Assembly: GCA_951406725.2 (NCBI GenBank)
Contig: OX597816.1
Span: forward strand, 43,896,001-43,960,000
Length of the DNA: 64,000 bases
Direction of reading: 5' to 3'
Source: Octopus vulgaris
Taxonomy: Eukaryota
The notes beneath the pieces were generated by a model. The model ran no database searches. It had not been told where the DNA came from and saw nothing but the letters and a program-made list of their open reading frames with translations. This document shows, piece by piece, positions 40,826-54,007 of the stretch; the stretch's first letter is position 1; each line of letters starts with the position of its first letter. A program made the position numbers and the translations under genes.

Positions 40826-42124
40826 TTGTGTTCGTGTGTAGAGAGGGAGAGTGAGAGAGAACATCTTACACCTCATCTTGTTTCAAATGAGCCAGTATTA
40901 TAGTTTATAATCAAAATATGTAGATAATTATTAAGGTATTCAAAAGTTCACTGTGAATTATTCCAAAATATTTTCCGTTCTTATTTGTAAGAATATTTTT
41001 TTCATCTTGGAGTGAACTAAATTCCAGATTGCTAAATAACAAAAGATACTCAACAAAAACTGTTACTTTTCTGGTTATTTTTGTTACTCCACAATTTATC
41101 ATACATTTCTTCTTGTACATAATTTCGGTAAAATATTTACTACAAAGAACAAGGATTTATACCCACGCTGTTTTGAAATCTGATCATGTGTCTCAATGGT
41201 TTACTGACTATGAACGTTATTAAGGAATTGTCTGTACAACCCTCTGGACTCTTGCTTGTAATCATTTCTGTTCACGTTTCGTCGCTTTACACTCGAGAAA
41301 TAATCTCATTTATGTAACACGATAAAACTGACTCACCATGCTTACATAAGAACATTTATTTCAGCTTCACACAATTAGGGTACGATGCTGAATACTAATA
41401 TTTCTCATATTATAACCTATTATTGTTTACAATTAATTATTTTACTTGGCATTGAGAGATGGACAGTTTATCAGTTGAAACACAAGCGGGCAATGACTAT
41501 AACTTTTACGTTTTCCTAACAAATTGTCCAGGCTATATACGATTAAATAAAATGCAGAATTTTTCTCTCAGAACATTACAGGGAATTTGATTTCGATTCT
41601 GATCAATATATATTTGAAATATTTGGAATGAATGTTGACAGAATGCTTAATCTAAATTTGCCCTCTTCTTATATAATGCGCAAAAGGTCAATGTGTGCAT
41701 ACAATGTGAAAAGTGCTGCTGGCTTCAGTCCAGTAGTGAATGGGGAATACAAAGTGTCGATTTAAATACTCGAAACAGTGTGAATGAAGTTGCAATTTTG
41801 AAGTTACTCAATTATAACCGTTTCTTGTACTATTCTTATTCTAGATGTAATTGCATGGATTCTATTCAATTTCCTATCTTCACTGCTCAGTATCTGCATA
41901 AGGCATGTTCTTAGTATTATTTGAAGTTATCGATAACCGTTAGAAAACATGTAATACTGCTGCTTTCAACTAATTTATGTATCAGTTCATTAATAACATA
42001 AACGGTCTTTGTTTCTTTTGCCAAGTTATATCTTATATCTGAACTCACTCTCCTTCTCTTCCTCCTCCCTCACTCTCTGTATATGTGTGAGTGTATGCAT
42101 GTTATATACGCAAGCATACAGATA

Positions 42125-42618
42125 CATAAATACGCAGACGCGTTCATATATACATCCTTTTAAATGCATTACATTGTATTGTGTAATTTCATGTATGCAT
42201 GTCTGTCTGTCTATATATATATATAGATGCTCATATAAGGGAATGTATATACATACATATGTATATGCATATATAGGTAAATGTATATAAATACATACAT
42301 ATATGCATATATAATATATATGTATAGATATACGCATATATGATATATGTATATATATATATATACATATATATATACATGCATGCATATATACATATGC
42401 ATAAATACGCAGACACGTTCATATATACATCCTTGTAAATGCATTACATTGTATTGTGTAATTCCATGTATGTCTGTCTGTGAATAAATATATATATATG
42501 TAAGTATGTATGTATGTATATATATACATATATGCACATATAAAGAAATGTATATACATACATATGTATATGCATATATAGGTAAATGTATATAAATACA
42601 TACATATATGCATATATA
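42125..42618 (+). repeat. Diverged tandem duplication (~275-305-bp period)
   Basis: CATAAATACGCAGAC.CGTTCATATATACATCCTT.TAAATGCATTACATTGTATTGTGTAAT at 42125 and 42400. A second shared block GGTAAATGTATATAAATAC occurs at ~42276 and ~42581. Confidence 0.9.
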
Positions 42619-42620
42619 TC

Positions 42621-42676
<56 letters not shown>

Positions 42677-44099
42677 ACTAAGTAAGTTTGTGCGAGTATG
42701 TTTTTGTGTGCGCATACACGAGAGTATAAATATTCCCAGTGATCCACATTAAACAAACAATCTTCGGAAATTTTCGATAAAAGCAACAACCTATAGCGGT
42801 GGTTCAAATGATATGATAATAATCACAAACCGTGCCATATGTTAACAACATTCCTTCTCTCACGACAATTTTCTGAGATTATTTATCTTAACCTTTCATA
42901 TATATCCACCCATAAATTACTGATTAATGCATCTCGTCTAACATTGTCTTACCCCTACCCATAATGTTTTGTTGCAAAAAAAAAAAAAAAAAATTCGATG
43001 AAAAATCTAAATAACGTAAAAATAAAGAAACGTCGTTGAGGTTTCATTTGAAGTTCCTGCAATGTTCTCGTAAGAATTTTCTTGAACAAATATAGCGTTT
43101 AAGTCAGGTTTACTGCTCGGTGTTCTAGACATACATGTTACGAGCTAATAAATCAAGTGCCTGTTACTTTCTGTTGATTTTTGGAGTTTATAATGGTGAT
43201 GTTGATAGTGCAATTGTGTTGATTTTTGTTATCGTTGCTATCGTTATTACTATTACTTTTGCTGCTGCTGCTGTTGCTGCTGCTGCAACACATTGTAAAA
43301 GCTTAATTGTGCAAACGTATGATCGAATGTGATTTGCAGACTCGGCGGTTTGATTTTCTTTTCCCTGCATTTTTTTGTAAAGTAGCATGTATGGCATGAA
43401 GTATGTTTTAGCAAACGTATCTCGCAGGACAACTAGTCAACTGTGGAGTCTTACATCGTTGACTTGTTTATGCTGATTTCTTACTATTGTTGGAGAATAT
43501 ATCATTGACGCCGTATCAGACTGTCGTGTAATGGTTGTGTTTAATGTTTAGATCCGAACCCTGAAAATTTATGATCAAATGCATTCCAGATCTGACCATC
43601 CCGCTTCAGGCTAGAGTTGGATTTGAAAGATATACGATTCGTAAAAATTGTTCTTACAGAAAGAGTGCATCCCTTGTTTGGGCGTAAAAAAATATTGTGT
43701 TTCTCTAAATGCCGACATGTGTCTTTCTGCTAATGCATTTGTGGTTGTTGCAGTTATGGTAAACGATTTTAGTCTGTGCTATCAATGATAATATGACTGC
43801 TGATATTCATGTAAATTATATACCTTTTATTGTTAATTTTCTTATCGTGTTGTAAGTTTCGCTGATAATTCAGTCGCTTTTGCTGAATATTTAAAGGCTT
43901 TGAAATATTTTTTATTATAAGCGCAATTTACAAATAATTATATGTATTACTAATTAAAAAAACATGTGAAAAGTTATTGCTATTTTGCAACAAATCAAGG
44001 GCTAATTGAACACACATATATCAAAACTATCTCAGCTGTGCCTTTTCTCTTTTCACCTCTGTTGTATATCGTACATCGAGATGTACACTATCGAATGTA

Positions 44100-44830
44100 A
44101 GGCCCTAGACTGTGATTTTGAAAGGAATTTCAACCATGTTTTGTGGTCTGCTACCAAAACAGCTCCTTTATAGGATCCAGTTAGCTCAACACATCTTCAG
44201 GAGGAACCACGTCCGGTTTCGGCCCCTAATCCTCTAGTGTTTTGACGTGGCGGATCCCTTCCTTTCGGAGGTGTTTTCAGCTCTGGTGTTGAGTGCATGT
44301 CTTCTTTCTTCTGTTCCCTGGCCTCTTCGATGTAGCGTCAACGAATATCAGCAGGCGACTGACTGTCTCGTCAAATTTCCCTTTAAATATCTGTTGCTAG
44401 TCTCCAGCAGGCAGCCCCAGCTTGTTTTCAGGTGACACTGTCTCAACTTTAACTGACCAAAGGAGGGCGCTTAGTCTAGCCCACGCATTTTCTGAACGAG
44501 GCCGTCACCTGTCAATCAGCGAAGTTACTTCGGTGTCAGCCTGTCTCAACTAGTGATGTTATTTTCCTGCCGGCATGTTATGCCTTTCAAGACATTCTTG
44601 GTCTTCCCGCTTCAGCCATATATATAGAAGCTGATTTTTTCGACCGCCTCCTGTATTCTCCTTATTAGCTTTCTCAGTTCCGAGCTAGATAATGTAAATA
44701 TTCTTTTGAATAACGTTGTAATTTTTCTTTTAATGAAGCCCCTAGCCCCCACTGCCAGGTGGTAATACTCGACAGTCCACCCCTAATTCTGACAGTTTGA
44801 TTAACTTTATAGCGGCTCTTACTTTTCTTC
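44100..44830 (-). mobile_element. 3' end of an RLE-type non-LTR retrotransposon (Hero-like)
   Basis: Minus-strand translation of ~44795-44578 gives CQN*GWTVEYYHLAVGARGFIKRKITTLFKRIF..LRKLIRRIQEAVEKISFYIWLKRED. This fits the C...GW...V(E)VG.RGF...AE..S..IW.KR C-terminus of Hero-clade elements. A GC-richer 3' UTR follows. The left boundary is approximate. Confidence 0.7.
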
Positions 44831-46408
44831 ATTGAAATGAATTAAAAACGATGATCATCAATTAAAGGACTTGCAGGAACCATTAGTCTCTAATAACATT
44901 TGTCTGAAGATATTGGTACTATTTCGAGTGATCTTATCAACGCAAGGCAATACCAATCTTGAAGTTCTACTGGCTATTATTTTCTGTGTATTAAAGCACA
45001 TTTCATATAGGCCGAGGTTCGGTATATATAAGTGTGAACTGCAGTATTTTTTTATGTCTGTATTGTTTATCTATGTTGTGAAATAATAATTAGATATGTA
45101 TAGTCACTTGTAAAAGTGTAAGTATGTAAGAAATAATAGAACAGCTAATGTGAGTTATCATTGTCTGAATTGAAAACTGTTCAGTTAAGGCAAAAAGATG
45201 CTACTTAGGAGATATGCTTTATGTCTTAAAGTAATTACATTGTGACAACTGATTTTACGTTTTCTGTATTGTCAACATATATTTGAAATATTCTTCATTA
45301 TGGCATCCTACTTAACCTACTACAATATGTGTGTGCGCGTGTATTAATGTTAGTTGTAGTGCCTTGTGATAGGAAACCCCATTATTCTTTCAAAATACAA
45401 ACCAGTATCGCAAATATCACGACGCAAGTGTCTGAAGAAATCTTACAAAGAGTTTGGTCAAAAGCGTCAGATTATCAAAACACTGAGATGATTGGTAAAA
45501 GTAATCAGGCAAACACTTCCAGATATCTGCACTGCTTTCTTAATTAATAGCAAACGTGGTATAATACATCAAAGTCTATGAGACAAAATAAATATAGCAT
45601 AGATAACATATAAGCGACAAAAATACTAAGTTGCTTTCTGAAGATTACAAATACCGAATAAACTAAATAAAAATCTAAGAAAATTAAAAGGAATAACAGA
45701 TTCATTTATATTGCATAGAACAGGAGATAACAATAGTTATATTAGATATAATCTTGTTAAACATACAAAACCAGAAGTCCGATGCATGTATTTGTAAATG
45801 TATTCTATAATTAAGTGAAGGGTATGGTAATATATACCTCATAGGAATCTTTCCTATAGGAGCTTTCAACATGAAGAATATATAATTAAGTGAAAGTTGT
45901 ATTATTTAAGGTGGTAGACCGAAAATAATTTTTAATAATTTGATAGCAGAATTGCATTTAGAATATCGGGCCAAACAACATTGATAAAAAAAAAACGAAA
46001 TCGGAAAATATTTCCACTTCCTAACAGGAGAACATTTTCTGAACAGCCATAAACTTAACACACCGTACCGTGCACTGGAACAGTGTTGATGTGAGTTAGT
46101 GTTGCATGAAAACTTGTACGAACCCATCAAATACCAAAATGTAAAAGTCTCGCAATGGATCGTTGAGCATACAACACCGGCATGCAATTATCGAAACATA
46201 ACTCAGAAAAATGAATATTTACCAGGCCGATCGAACTGTCTTCGAAGCACAATGATTATCTCTAAAGGCGTCTTATCATCACGCTGGACAAGATTTGCGG
46301 AACACTTTATGAAGTGGCGATTGAAACCAGCATAGGTCGTTGCGTGATTACAAACAAAACCAAACAGCACTGCCGATACACATTGGTAAAAATTGACAAA
46401 CTCCTGGA

Positions 46409-46768
46409 GGTGCAGGAGTGGCTGTGTGGTAAGTAGCTTGCTAACCAAGCACATGGTTCCGGGTTCAGTCCCACTGCGTGGCATCTTGGGCAAGTGTCTT
46501 CTGCTATAGCCCCGGGCCGACCAATGCCTTGTGAGTGGATTTGGAAACTGAAAGAAGCCTGTCGTATATATGTGTTTGTCCCCCTAGCATTGCTTGACAA
46601 CCGATGCTGGTGTGTTTACGTCCCCGTCACTTAGCGGTTCGGCAAAAGAGCCCGATAGAATAAGTACTGGGCTTACAAAGAATAAGTCCTGGGGTCGATT
46701 TGCTCGACTAAAGGCGGTGCTCCAGCATGGCCGCAGTCAAATGACTGAAACAAGTAAAAGAGTAAAAT
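46409..46768 (+). mobile_element. SINE family B (young, microsatellite not expanded)
   Basis: GGTGCAGGAGTGGCTGTGTGGTAAG...GGCGGTGCTCCAGCATGGCCGCAGTCAAATGACTGAAACAAGTAAAAGAG. Confidence 0.9.
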
Positions 46769-47373
46769 AGTAAGATTAATACTTGAGTATTTCAAAAACA
46801 TACTGCGGTCTCACATACACAGATAAAATCCACATAGTCTTACCCTAAACTTAAATCTGAAGAACAACCTAGCACTGCCAACACATGGCCAAAATTCTGA
46901 AAGAATTTAAAAAGTATTCCATCATACATGACAGCTAGCATACGGAATAGTATATGACACAATGTATATATGAAACAACAGACTAGGGAGTGAGTAGCAG
47001 TCGTAGACGCTAAATGCAGGCGATCTGCAGTCAGACGTTCTGGACTGCATACGTTGGTATTTTAATTAAAATGGAAGTGCACATTTTTATGGTAAATTTA
47101 TATTTATTAATTTCACACATACTCATTCACTCACTCACACATACATACACACACCACGCACACGCATACACACACGCACGCATGTGCCTATGCACTCACA
47201 CATACACACTCTCTCACGCACTCACACACAGACCCACGTATGGCTATATATATATATATTTATATATATATACATAGATAAATAGATAGATAGATAGATA
47301 TGTACATGAAATGTTAAACCCTTTTCTAGATATTATTGTTCACATAGCATTTATTAACTATATATATACACAT

Positions 47374-47475
<102 letters not shown>

Positions 47476-47642
47476 ACATTCTTTCTTTCGTGGTTGTCCG
47501 TTCAACATGCTTGCTCTTCCTGACTCCACCACTTATTTCGCGCGTCAGCCAACAGGAATAATCTGAAGATTTCGAGAACATCGGTTTGGGATATCTTTCT
47601 GAAAAATGTAACACCAAACTTGAACACAAGCATACACACACC

Positions 47643-47713
<71 letters not shown>

Positions 47714-47989
47714 CCACATGTATATATAAGTATTCGCTTCACTAACAGGCAAAAGGCATGAAATTTTGGTAGGATAGGAAATGGTCGATCACGTGAACTC
47801 CACTGCTGATTAAAAGGTACCTATTTGTTTAACCCTCAAAAAGAAGACAGGCATTTTATTTGGCTTGCTAACGATACTGCTAGTTCGTCATCTTAGAGGT
47901 GCAGATAAGTAAGCCTGTATGCGTACACATACATACACACACGCGCTTACACACACACATATATAAAGTTATATATGAGCATGTGTGAG

Positions 47990-48022
<33 letters not shown>

Positions 48023-48113
48023 TACACATTTGTATATATTCACATATACATATGTGCATATATATATATTTATATATATTTATCTACTCTGAATCTACTC
48101 TGAAGGCCTTGGC

Positions 48114-48160
<47 letters not shown>

Positions 48161-48484
48161 TGTATGTATGTATGTATGTATGTATGTATGTATGTATGTT
48201 TGTGTGTGTAAGTGTATGTGTGTGTACAACACCTTTCTTTCAGTTTTTTTTTCTTTTTTGAAAATAAATATAATTCATGTCTAAATCTCTCAGAGAGATT
48301 TATGCAGCAGCAGAACAAGAAAAGGATAGCATGATGTCAACGTAATGTGACAATCACATGAAAGGGAAGAATACTACTGTTATTTAGCCCTAGGAAATAT
48401 CCCTTCTTGTTGAGTTTTAGAAACGTATTATATCTATTTTCAAAAATCAGTGAATGTATTTCACTTGAATTATTATGTTTACAG

Positions 48485-48595
48485 AGACAGATAGGCATCA
48501 ACAGCTAGCAAGCCATGCTACTCCAGACTGATGATGAGCAATAACTCAGAAACTAGTCTCTGGATGCTGGCTTTGCTGGGTGGAGATGCTTGTCT
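48485..48595 (+). ncRNA. Canonical minimal type I hammerhead ribozyme with extended stem I
   Basis: TCCAGA(48522-27)-CTGATGA-TGAG caataa CTCA-GAAA-CTAGT-C^-TCTGGA(48559-64). Stem III is the palindrome ACTAGT. Further pairing: AGCCA/TGGCT, CTAGCAA/TTGCTGG and AGGCATC/GATGCTT. Confidence 0.85.
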
Positions 48596-48624
48596 TCACT
48601 TTGAAAACATAAGGACACAGGAAA

Positions 48625-48765
48625 AAGGACGGCTTTCTTTCAGTTTCTGCTTACCAAGTTCAGTCACAAAACTTTGGTTGGCCCTAGGCTTTAGTAGGAG
48701 ACACTTGCCGAAGGTGAAATGCAGCGGGACTGAACCCGGAACCATGACGTCGGGAAGCAAGTTTC
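48625..48765 (-). mobile_element. SINE family B 5' half
   Basis: TTTCTTTCAGTTTC..AGACACTTGCCGAAGGTG..GGGACTGAACCCGGAACCATG. Confidence 0.75.
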
Positions 48766-50090
48766 TAGTGTGTGTGTGCGTGTGCGCGCACGTGCGTCTG
48801 TAAGTGTGTGTGCTGGACTACCTGTGTGCATGTATATTTTATATATAACTATAGATATATGTTTATATAGATGGGTACACACATTCACACATACACACAA
48901 TACATGCACATTCCTGTATTATAAAGGTAAATTTCAACAGGAAAAAAGAACTCACTTCATATCAGTAGATGAGGTCTGAACAAGCTATTCAGGATACACA
49001 AAGACTACTTCATCTCGCATACCAATTGTACAGACGACTAGTGCAAGGTATTCCTGGCTGAACAATACATCCGATCGTGAACCACAATGGCAGCCGAGAT
49101 GGCTCGAATGTGGAGGATAAGAAACGAGAACAGAACATTAGAAAAGGGAGATGTATAAATATACGAGCAATGATAAATCAGGTTTTTCGTATATCAGGTT
49201 AAATCTCGTGGAAATTCTTTTCGTGCACTGAGTGCTTATTTCTAAAGGGCGACAATGTGATTGGAATATATTTACTAATATGGAAAAGCAGGCAGATTCG
49301 CACATACAGGCACACGCATGCATAATTTGAGCTGCTATTGGTATAAAAAGTTTTCCGTCAAATATAAAGAAAAAGAATGCGCACATCCGTTAATGGTGGA
49401 ATTCTCCATTAACAGCGAATATATTTATGGGGACCAAGACGTGTAGATTTTTCATTTCTGACGTTCTCTCAGCTCCAGGAGATTTCTTTTCAAGCCGCAT
49501 AAAGTATGTGCCCTTTCTGCTGTGCAAGAATGCATTTATCTATCCATTGACGAATACACTCGATATATGGAAACGGATACGTACAGAGGTGCATATACGC
49601 ACACACACACACATATATAATATATATATAAATGTATATGAATTGTATGCATCTATTCTCTATGCCTCTTTCTGTGTATGCGAGTGTGTGGATGTGTGTG
49701 TGTCTGTATGTGCTTGCGCGCGTGTGTGTTTGTATCAAGACAAATTACGTATCTCAGTTGTGATTTGTTTATTTGATTCATTCCATAACACTTCATGAAA
49801 GTGGAAGGATCCAGCTTTTTCATTCAACTGAATTACCTGCTCCTGAGTTAAAGCGTTTGTAGATGATCATTTCACAAACTCGTGCTTGTTTGGTGTACGT
49901 ATATCAGTAGAATCAGCGTGATAAAGTACATGTGTGATGAGACTGTATATTTTGAATCTTATGTAAACTTTATTTGACGGACTTCTGTGCAGTTTTCGTC
50001 TTCCAGCTGCACTGAAAATGTAAGGGTCAGCCCAGGAATGTAGATGCACTCACTCTCTCTCTCTCCCTCTCTCTGTCTCTCTCTCTCTCG

Positions 50091-50133
<43 letters not shown>

Positions 50134-50150
50134 GCATATACACACACAGA

Positions 50151-50352
50151 CATTCCTACACATTAGTTTCTCTCTCGTTTTATTATTTTCACTCTGTCTC
50201 TTTTTTATTCTGTTAATCTTTTTTATCCTTTCTGTCGAAGAGCGTAGGCTGGAAACGTAAAAGACTTTTCCATTCTTTCCAAGCGTTAAATTAATACAAC
50301 TGCTTGTTGTTCTTACACCTGTCTTCGTCTTTCGCTTTCTGTAAATTTGAAC
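50151..50352 (+). mobile_element. Short HHR-bearing element, copy 2 (diverged), between (CA)n and TA
   Basis: CCTTT-CTGTCGAA-GAGC-GTAG-GCTG-GAAA-CGT-A-AAAGA at 50227-50264. Confidence 0.75.
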
Positions 50353-51267
50353 TATATATATAAACAGGATCAAAGTTTCACAGGGAAAAGCAACTTCACA
50401 CGCGCTTAGGAGAACCTGATATATGTATTAACCTGCTCTGGGTGCCATGAGCAATACATAGGCCAAACCCAACACATAGGCCAAACCCAACACAGTCTAC
50501 GTCAAAGGATGGCTCTGCACAGATCCCAAATCAAAATTCCGTAAAACAGAAAAATAGCATTCAACAAACACATCGACATTTGCGCCAATAACAAACAACC
50601 CAGCTTCAGAATTTTTCCCCTCTATCATTTCTGGAACGATGTAAACTGTAGTCAGCGCATTAATAAAGTGTCATCCTTTATCACAAATAGAAGCCCCTTT
50701 TGAATGCATCCACCACAAATGACACTCTCACCAGAGCTTTAGAATAACACATACGCAAATATTAAAAACGATATATTCACAACAGTCACTTCACATAAAT
50801 TTATACACAACAATTCCAATCGCTACTATTCCCAACACAGTGGGTCACTTTTAGATCATTTGACCATTTAAGAGGATTCCACCAACATCCTGCTACTACC
50901 ATACCACTACTGCATTTTTATTATTCTTTCTCTTCCTTCTTTTTCTTCTTCGCCATATCCTTTCTCTACTACTACTGCTGCTTAAACAATCAAAGGTCAG
51001 AATTCATACCAAACTAGCTGCTGCTAGGTACCTAGAACCCAAAAGAGTAAAAAAGAGAGACAGAGACAGACTGAAAAAAGGAAAATGTCACTTTGCATTT
51101 GAAAACTATGGAAATATTTTTTAAAAACATTTCATTTAATTTTTCACAATTCAATTGCTTTCATGTTTTCCTCTAAGTTGAAAATGTCGCAAAGACTGAA
51201 AAACAAGTATTAAAATATTCTTCATGATAAAATTATTTTAGCATTTTCTACCTTGTCTTATTTTCCT

Positions 51268-51311
<44 letters not shown>

Positions 51312-51688
51312 TGGTATGTGTGTTTGTGTACAGGTATAGAAAATGTTATTATGCAGTCATCATTTCGTACCGAGCTGAGTGTCTTTTTCTATAACTATGT
51401 CTACATCGTTGCTATTGTTAAGGCGCTGAGAACGAAGTGTTAGAGAACGATAGCCCGGCGAAGAATGAGTGCGTGGATTCGATGAGACGGTCAGTAAAAA
51501 ACATTAAGCAGGAAATATTAATAGATTGCTGTCCAAGTACTGGCGTAAGAATTTTAGAAAGAAGCGTACGAAAGCTATTCAGTGGGCCAGTGTATGAGAA
51601 TTGCCATATGTTAGCAACGATGCTTTTCAGTTTTTCCTACATCACAGTGCGGGTGGGATCTCCGATTGGAAACAACAAAGGTGTGTGC

Positions 51689-51734
<46 letters not shown>

Positions 51735-52371
51735 TCGTGCGTGCGTGTGCAGGTGTGTTTGCGTTTTGCGTATGACTTTGTTCAAATGATCGCACCGACG
51801 ATAGGACCTCGATGCCTACGTGGAAAGTCTGCTGCAAGTTACGACATAAAACACAAAAACCTGCTAGAAATCAGATTGCAACAACTTAAATAAATAATAT
51901 TCTCTATGAAAGGATAAGCAGGAGAAAATCTGTCACGACTCAATGATCGTTTCTATGAATTCTATTGCTACTTGCCAAGCTGGATCGCATCTACCTCGGC
52001 CAAAGTTAACTGCGATTAGTAGTAAACCGGTATATATCAATTTGTCTATGCAACCTAGCAGGACCTAAGCAAAGCGGGTAGACTTGAATTTGACTATATT
52101 CTTCATGTATCTTCGCAATATATTTAGTTACAGCCTTCACCAGCAATGCTCAGAATGAAGTTCTTCCTTGTTGTCGGGAGTCCAGTTGTAGACGCACAAA
52201 CCTCTTAACTCCTCGGCAGGCCCGATACATCGGAAAACGGATTGGGAATAGATCTATCTTACGCAACTGCAGAACATTTATATTTCTCTAATAGGCCCTT
52301 CTACCCTGTAGCTTCTGGGTAACTGATCACTGTATCAATGCCTACATATGGTAAATACTTCGCAATTCTAT

Positions 52372-52549
52372 CATGTTGGGGCACCACCTTGAAGTGTTTT
52401 AATCGAACAAATCGACGTTAGAACTTAGTTTTTAAATACTGGTACTTATTCTGTCAGTTTCTTTTGCGGAACCGCCAAGTTACGGGAACGTAAACACACC
52501 AACACTGGTAGTCGGGCGGTGGTGGCTGACAAACACAGACACAAAGACA

Positions 52550-52605
<56 letters not shown>

Positions 52606-52794
52606 GATATATCATGATAGATCGTTAGCTCCTACACGCATTTTTTCTCTCCTTGTTTTTTTCTGTGTATCTTTCTGTCGAAGAGCGTAGGCTCGAAACG
52701 TAAAAAACTTTTTCTATTCCTGAGCGCTATACTAATACATTTGTTTGTTTGTGCTCCACCTGCCTTCATCTTTTGTTTATTTTCGTAAACTTTC

Positions 52795-52826
<32 letters not shown>

Positions 52827-52940
52827 CGTCTACAAAATTAGTCAGTTCCAGGTTATAGTAGATGATACTTGACCAAGGTTCTACGCAGTGGGACAAAACC
52901 TGGGACCATGTAGTTGAGAAACAAGCTTCTTACCACCCAC
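52372..52940 (-). mobile_element. SINE family B (diverged) hosting HHR element copy 3 in its internal TA tract
   Basis: Tail at 52372-52550 and head at 52845-52940 (CAAGG..CGCAGTGGGAC..ACCATG..CTTACCAC). Confidence 0.75.
52611..52797 (+). mobile_element. Short HHR-bearing element, copy 3, in (TA)n
   Basis: TCTTT-CTGTCGAA-GAGC-GTAG-GCTC-GAAA-CGT-A-AAAAA at 52670-52707. Confidence 0.8.
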
Positions 52941-53374
52941 CACGTTTGTTTTTTTTTTCATTTGTGCATTTCTTACCAGAATGGATTTAATCTTACCGTT
53001 GAAGGATATTTAGTGATATGTAAAGTATTCTATTTTCTCCTAATTAAGCATTCACATTTTGATACATATATATTATACGTTGCTATGAATTTTTTTTTTA
53101 CTATTTATATTTATTCTTTTCAACGTGTACAATTTTCCTTTAAGTATATATATAATCCCGTCTCCTCTGACTTCGTAACCGGTGTTCGTTTATAGCCCTC
53201 GTGGCGAATAAAAAGAAACGATTATTATTATTATTATTATTATAAAGCTAATCGTAACATGTGAAGAACATTAAGAGAGTGAAAGTAATTCACGACGTAA
53301 TTCGGTTTTGATGTTTCCTGATGTGTCCTCACATATACAGACATATACACTTTCATGCATACGGTTATGAGCTT

Positions 53375-53421
<47 letters not shown>

Positions 53422-53857
53422 CGTTTTTATTACCTATATATATAATTATATATAACTGTAAAAATTATAAATATCGCTTTTCTTTTTCTCTTCCCACCGC
53501 TCATTCACCATCTTTCTCTCTCTCTTTTCTCTCTCTCTCTCTCTCTCTTTCTCTTTCTCTCACTGTATACATATGTGTATTTATGCATCTGTCACACTCT
53601 CCCTTTGTTCGTTCCAAGAAAGCAGATCAGAGATAGATCGATTTGATTGGTTTAGAAATATTAGATGTAGTCAAGCGGAAGGATGCTCAAATTCGTCTAG
53701 TTATCTTAAGGGAATTCTGCTTTTAAGATATTTTTTGCTAAATATGTAAAAATACGAAGAACAAAATGGTAGAAAATAATATTCCTTTTACTATAATAAA
53801 CTTGAGTACTAATACCACCGCTGAAGGTGGTAGTAGACTTCCTAATGCAGCACATTC

Positions 53858-53859
53858 AT

Positions 53860-53901
<42 letters not shown>

Positions 53902-53942
53902 GTCACTGTAGATATATAATATGCGTGTCTATGTGAGTACCG

Positions 53943-54002
<60 letters not shown>
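53858..54002. repeat. (CTA)n and (TA)n microsatellites
   Basis: Seen directly. Confidence 0.9.

Positions 54003-54007
<5 letters not shown>

Noticed and set aside
45906-46400. Possible TTAA-GG (Kolobok-like) DNA element
   Set aside because: No matching opposite terminus found.
50456-50493. Short tandem duplication of ACATAGGCCAAACCCAAC
   Set aside because: Only two adjacent units with no spacers. Ordinary slippage, not a CRISPR-like array.
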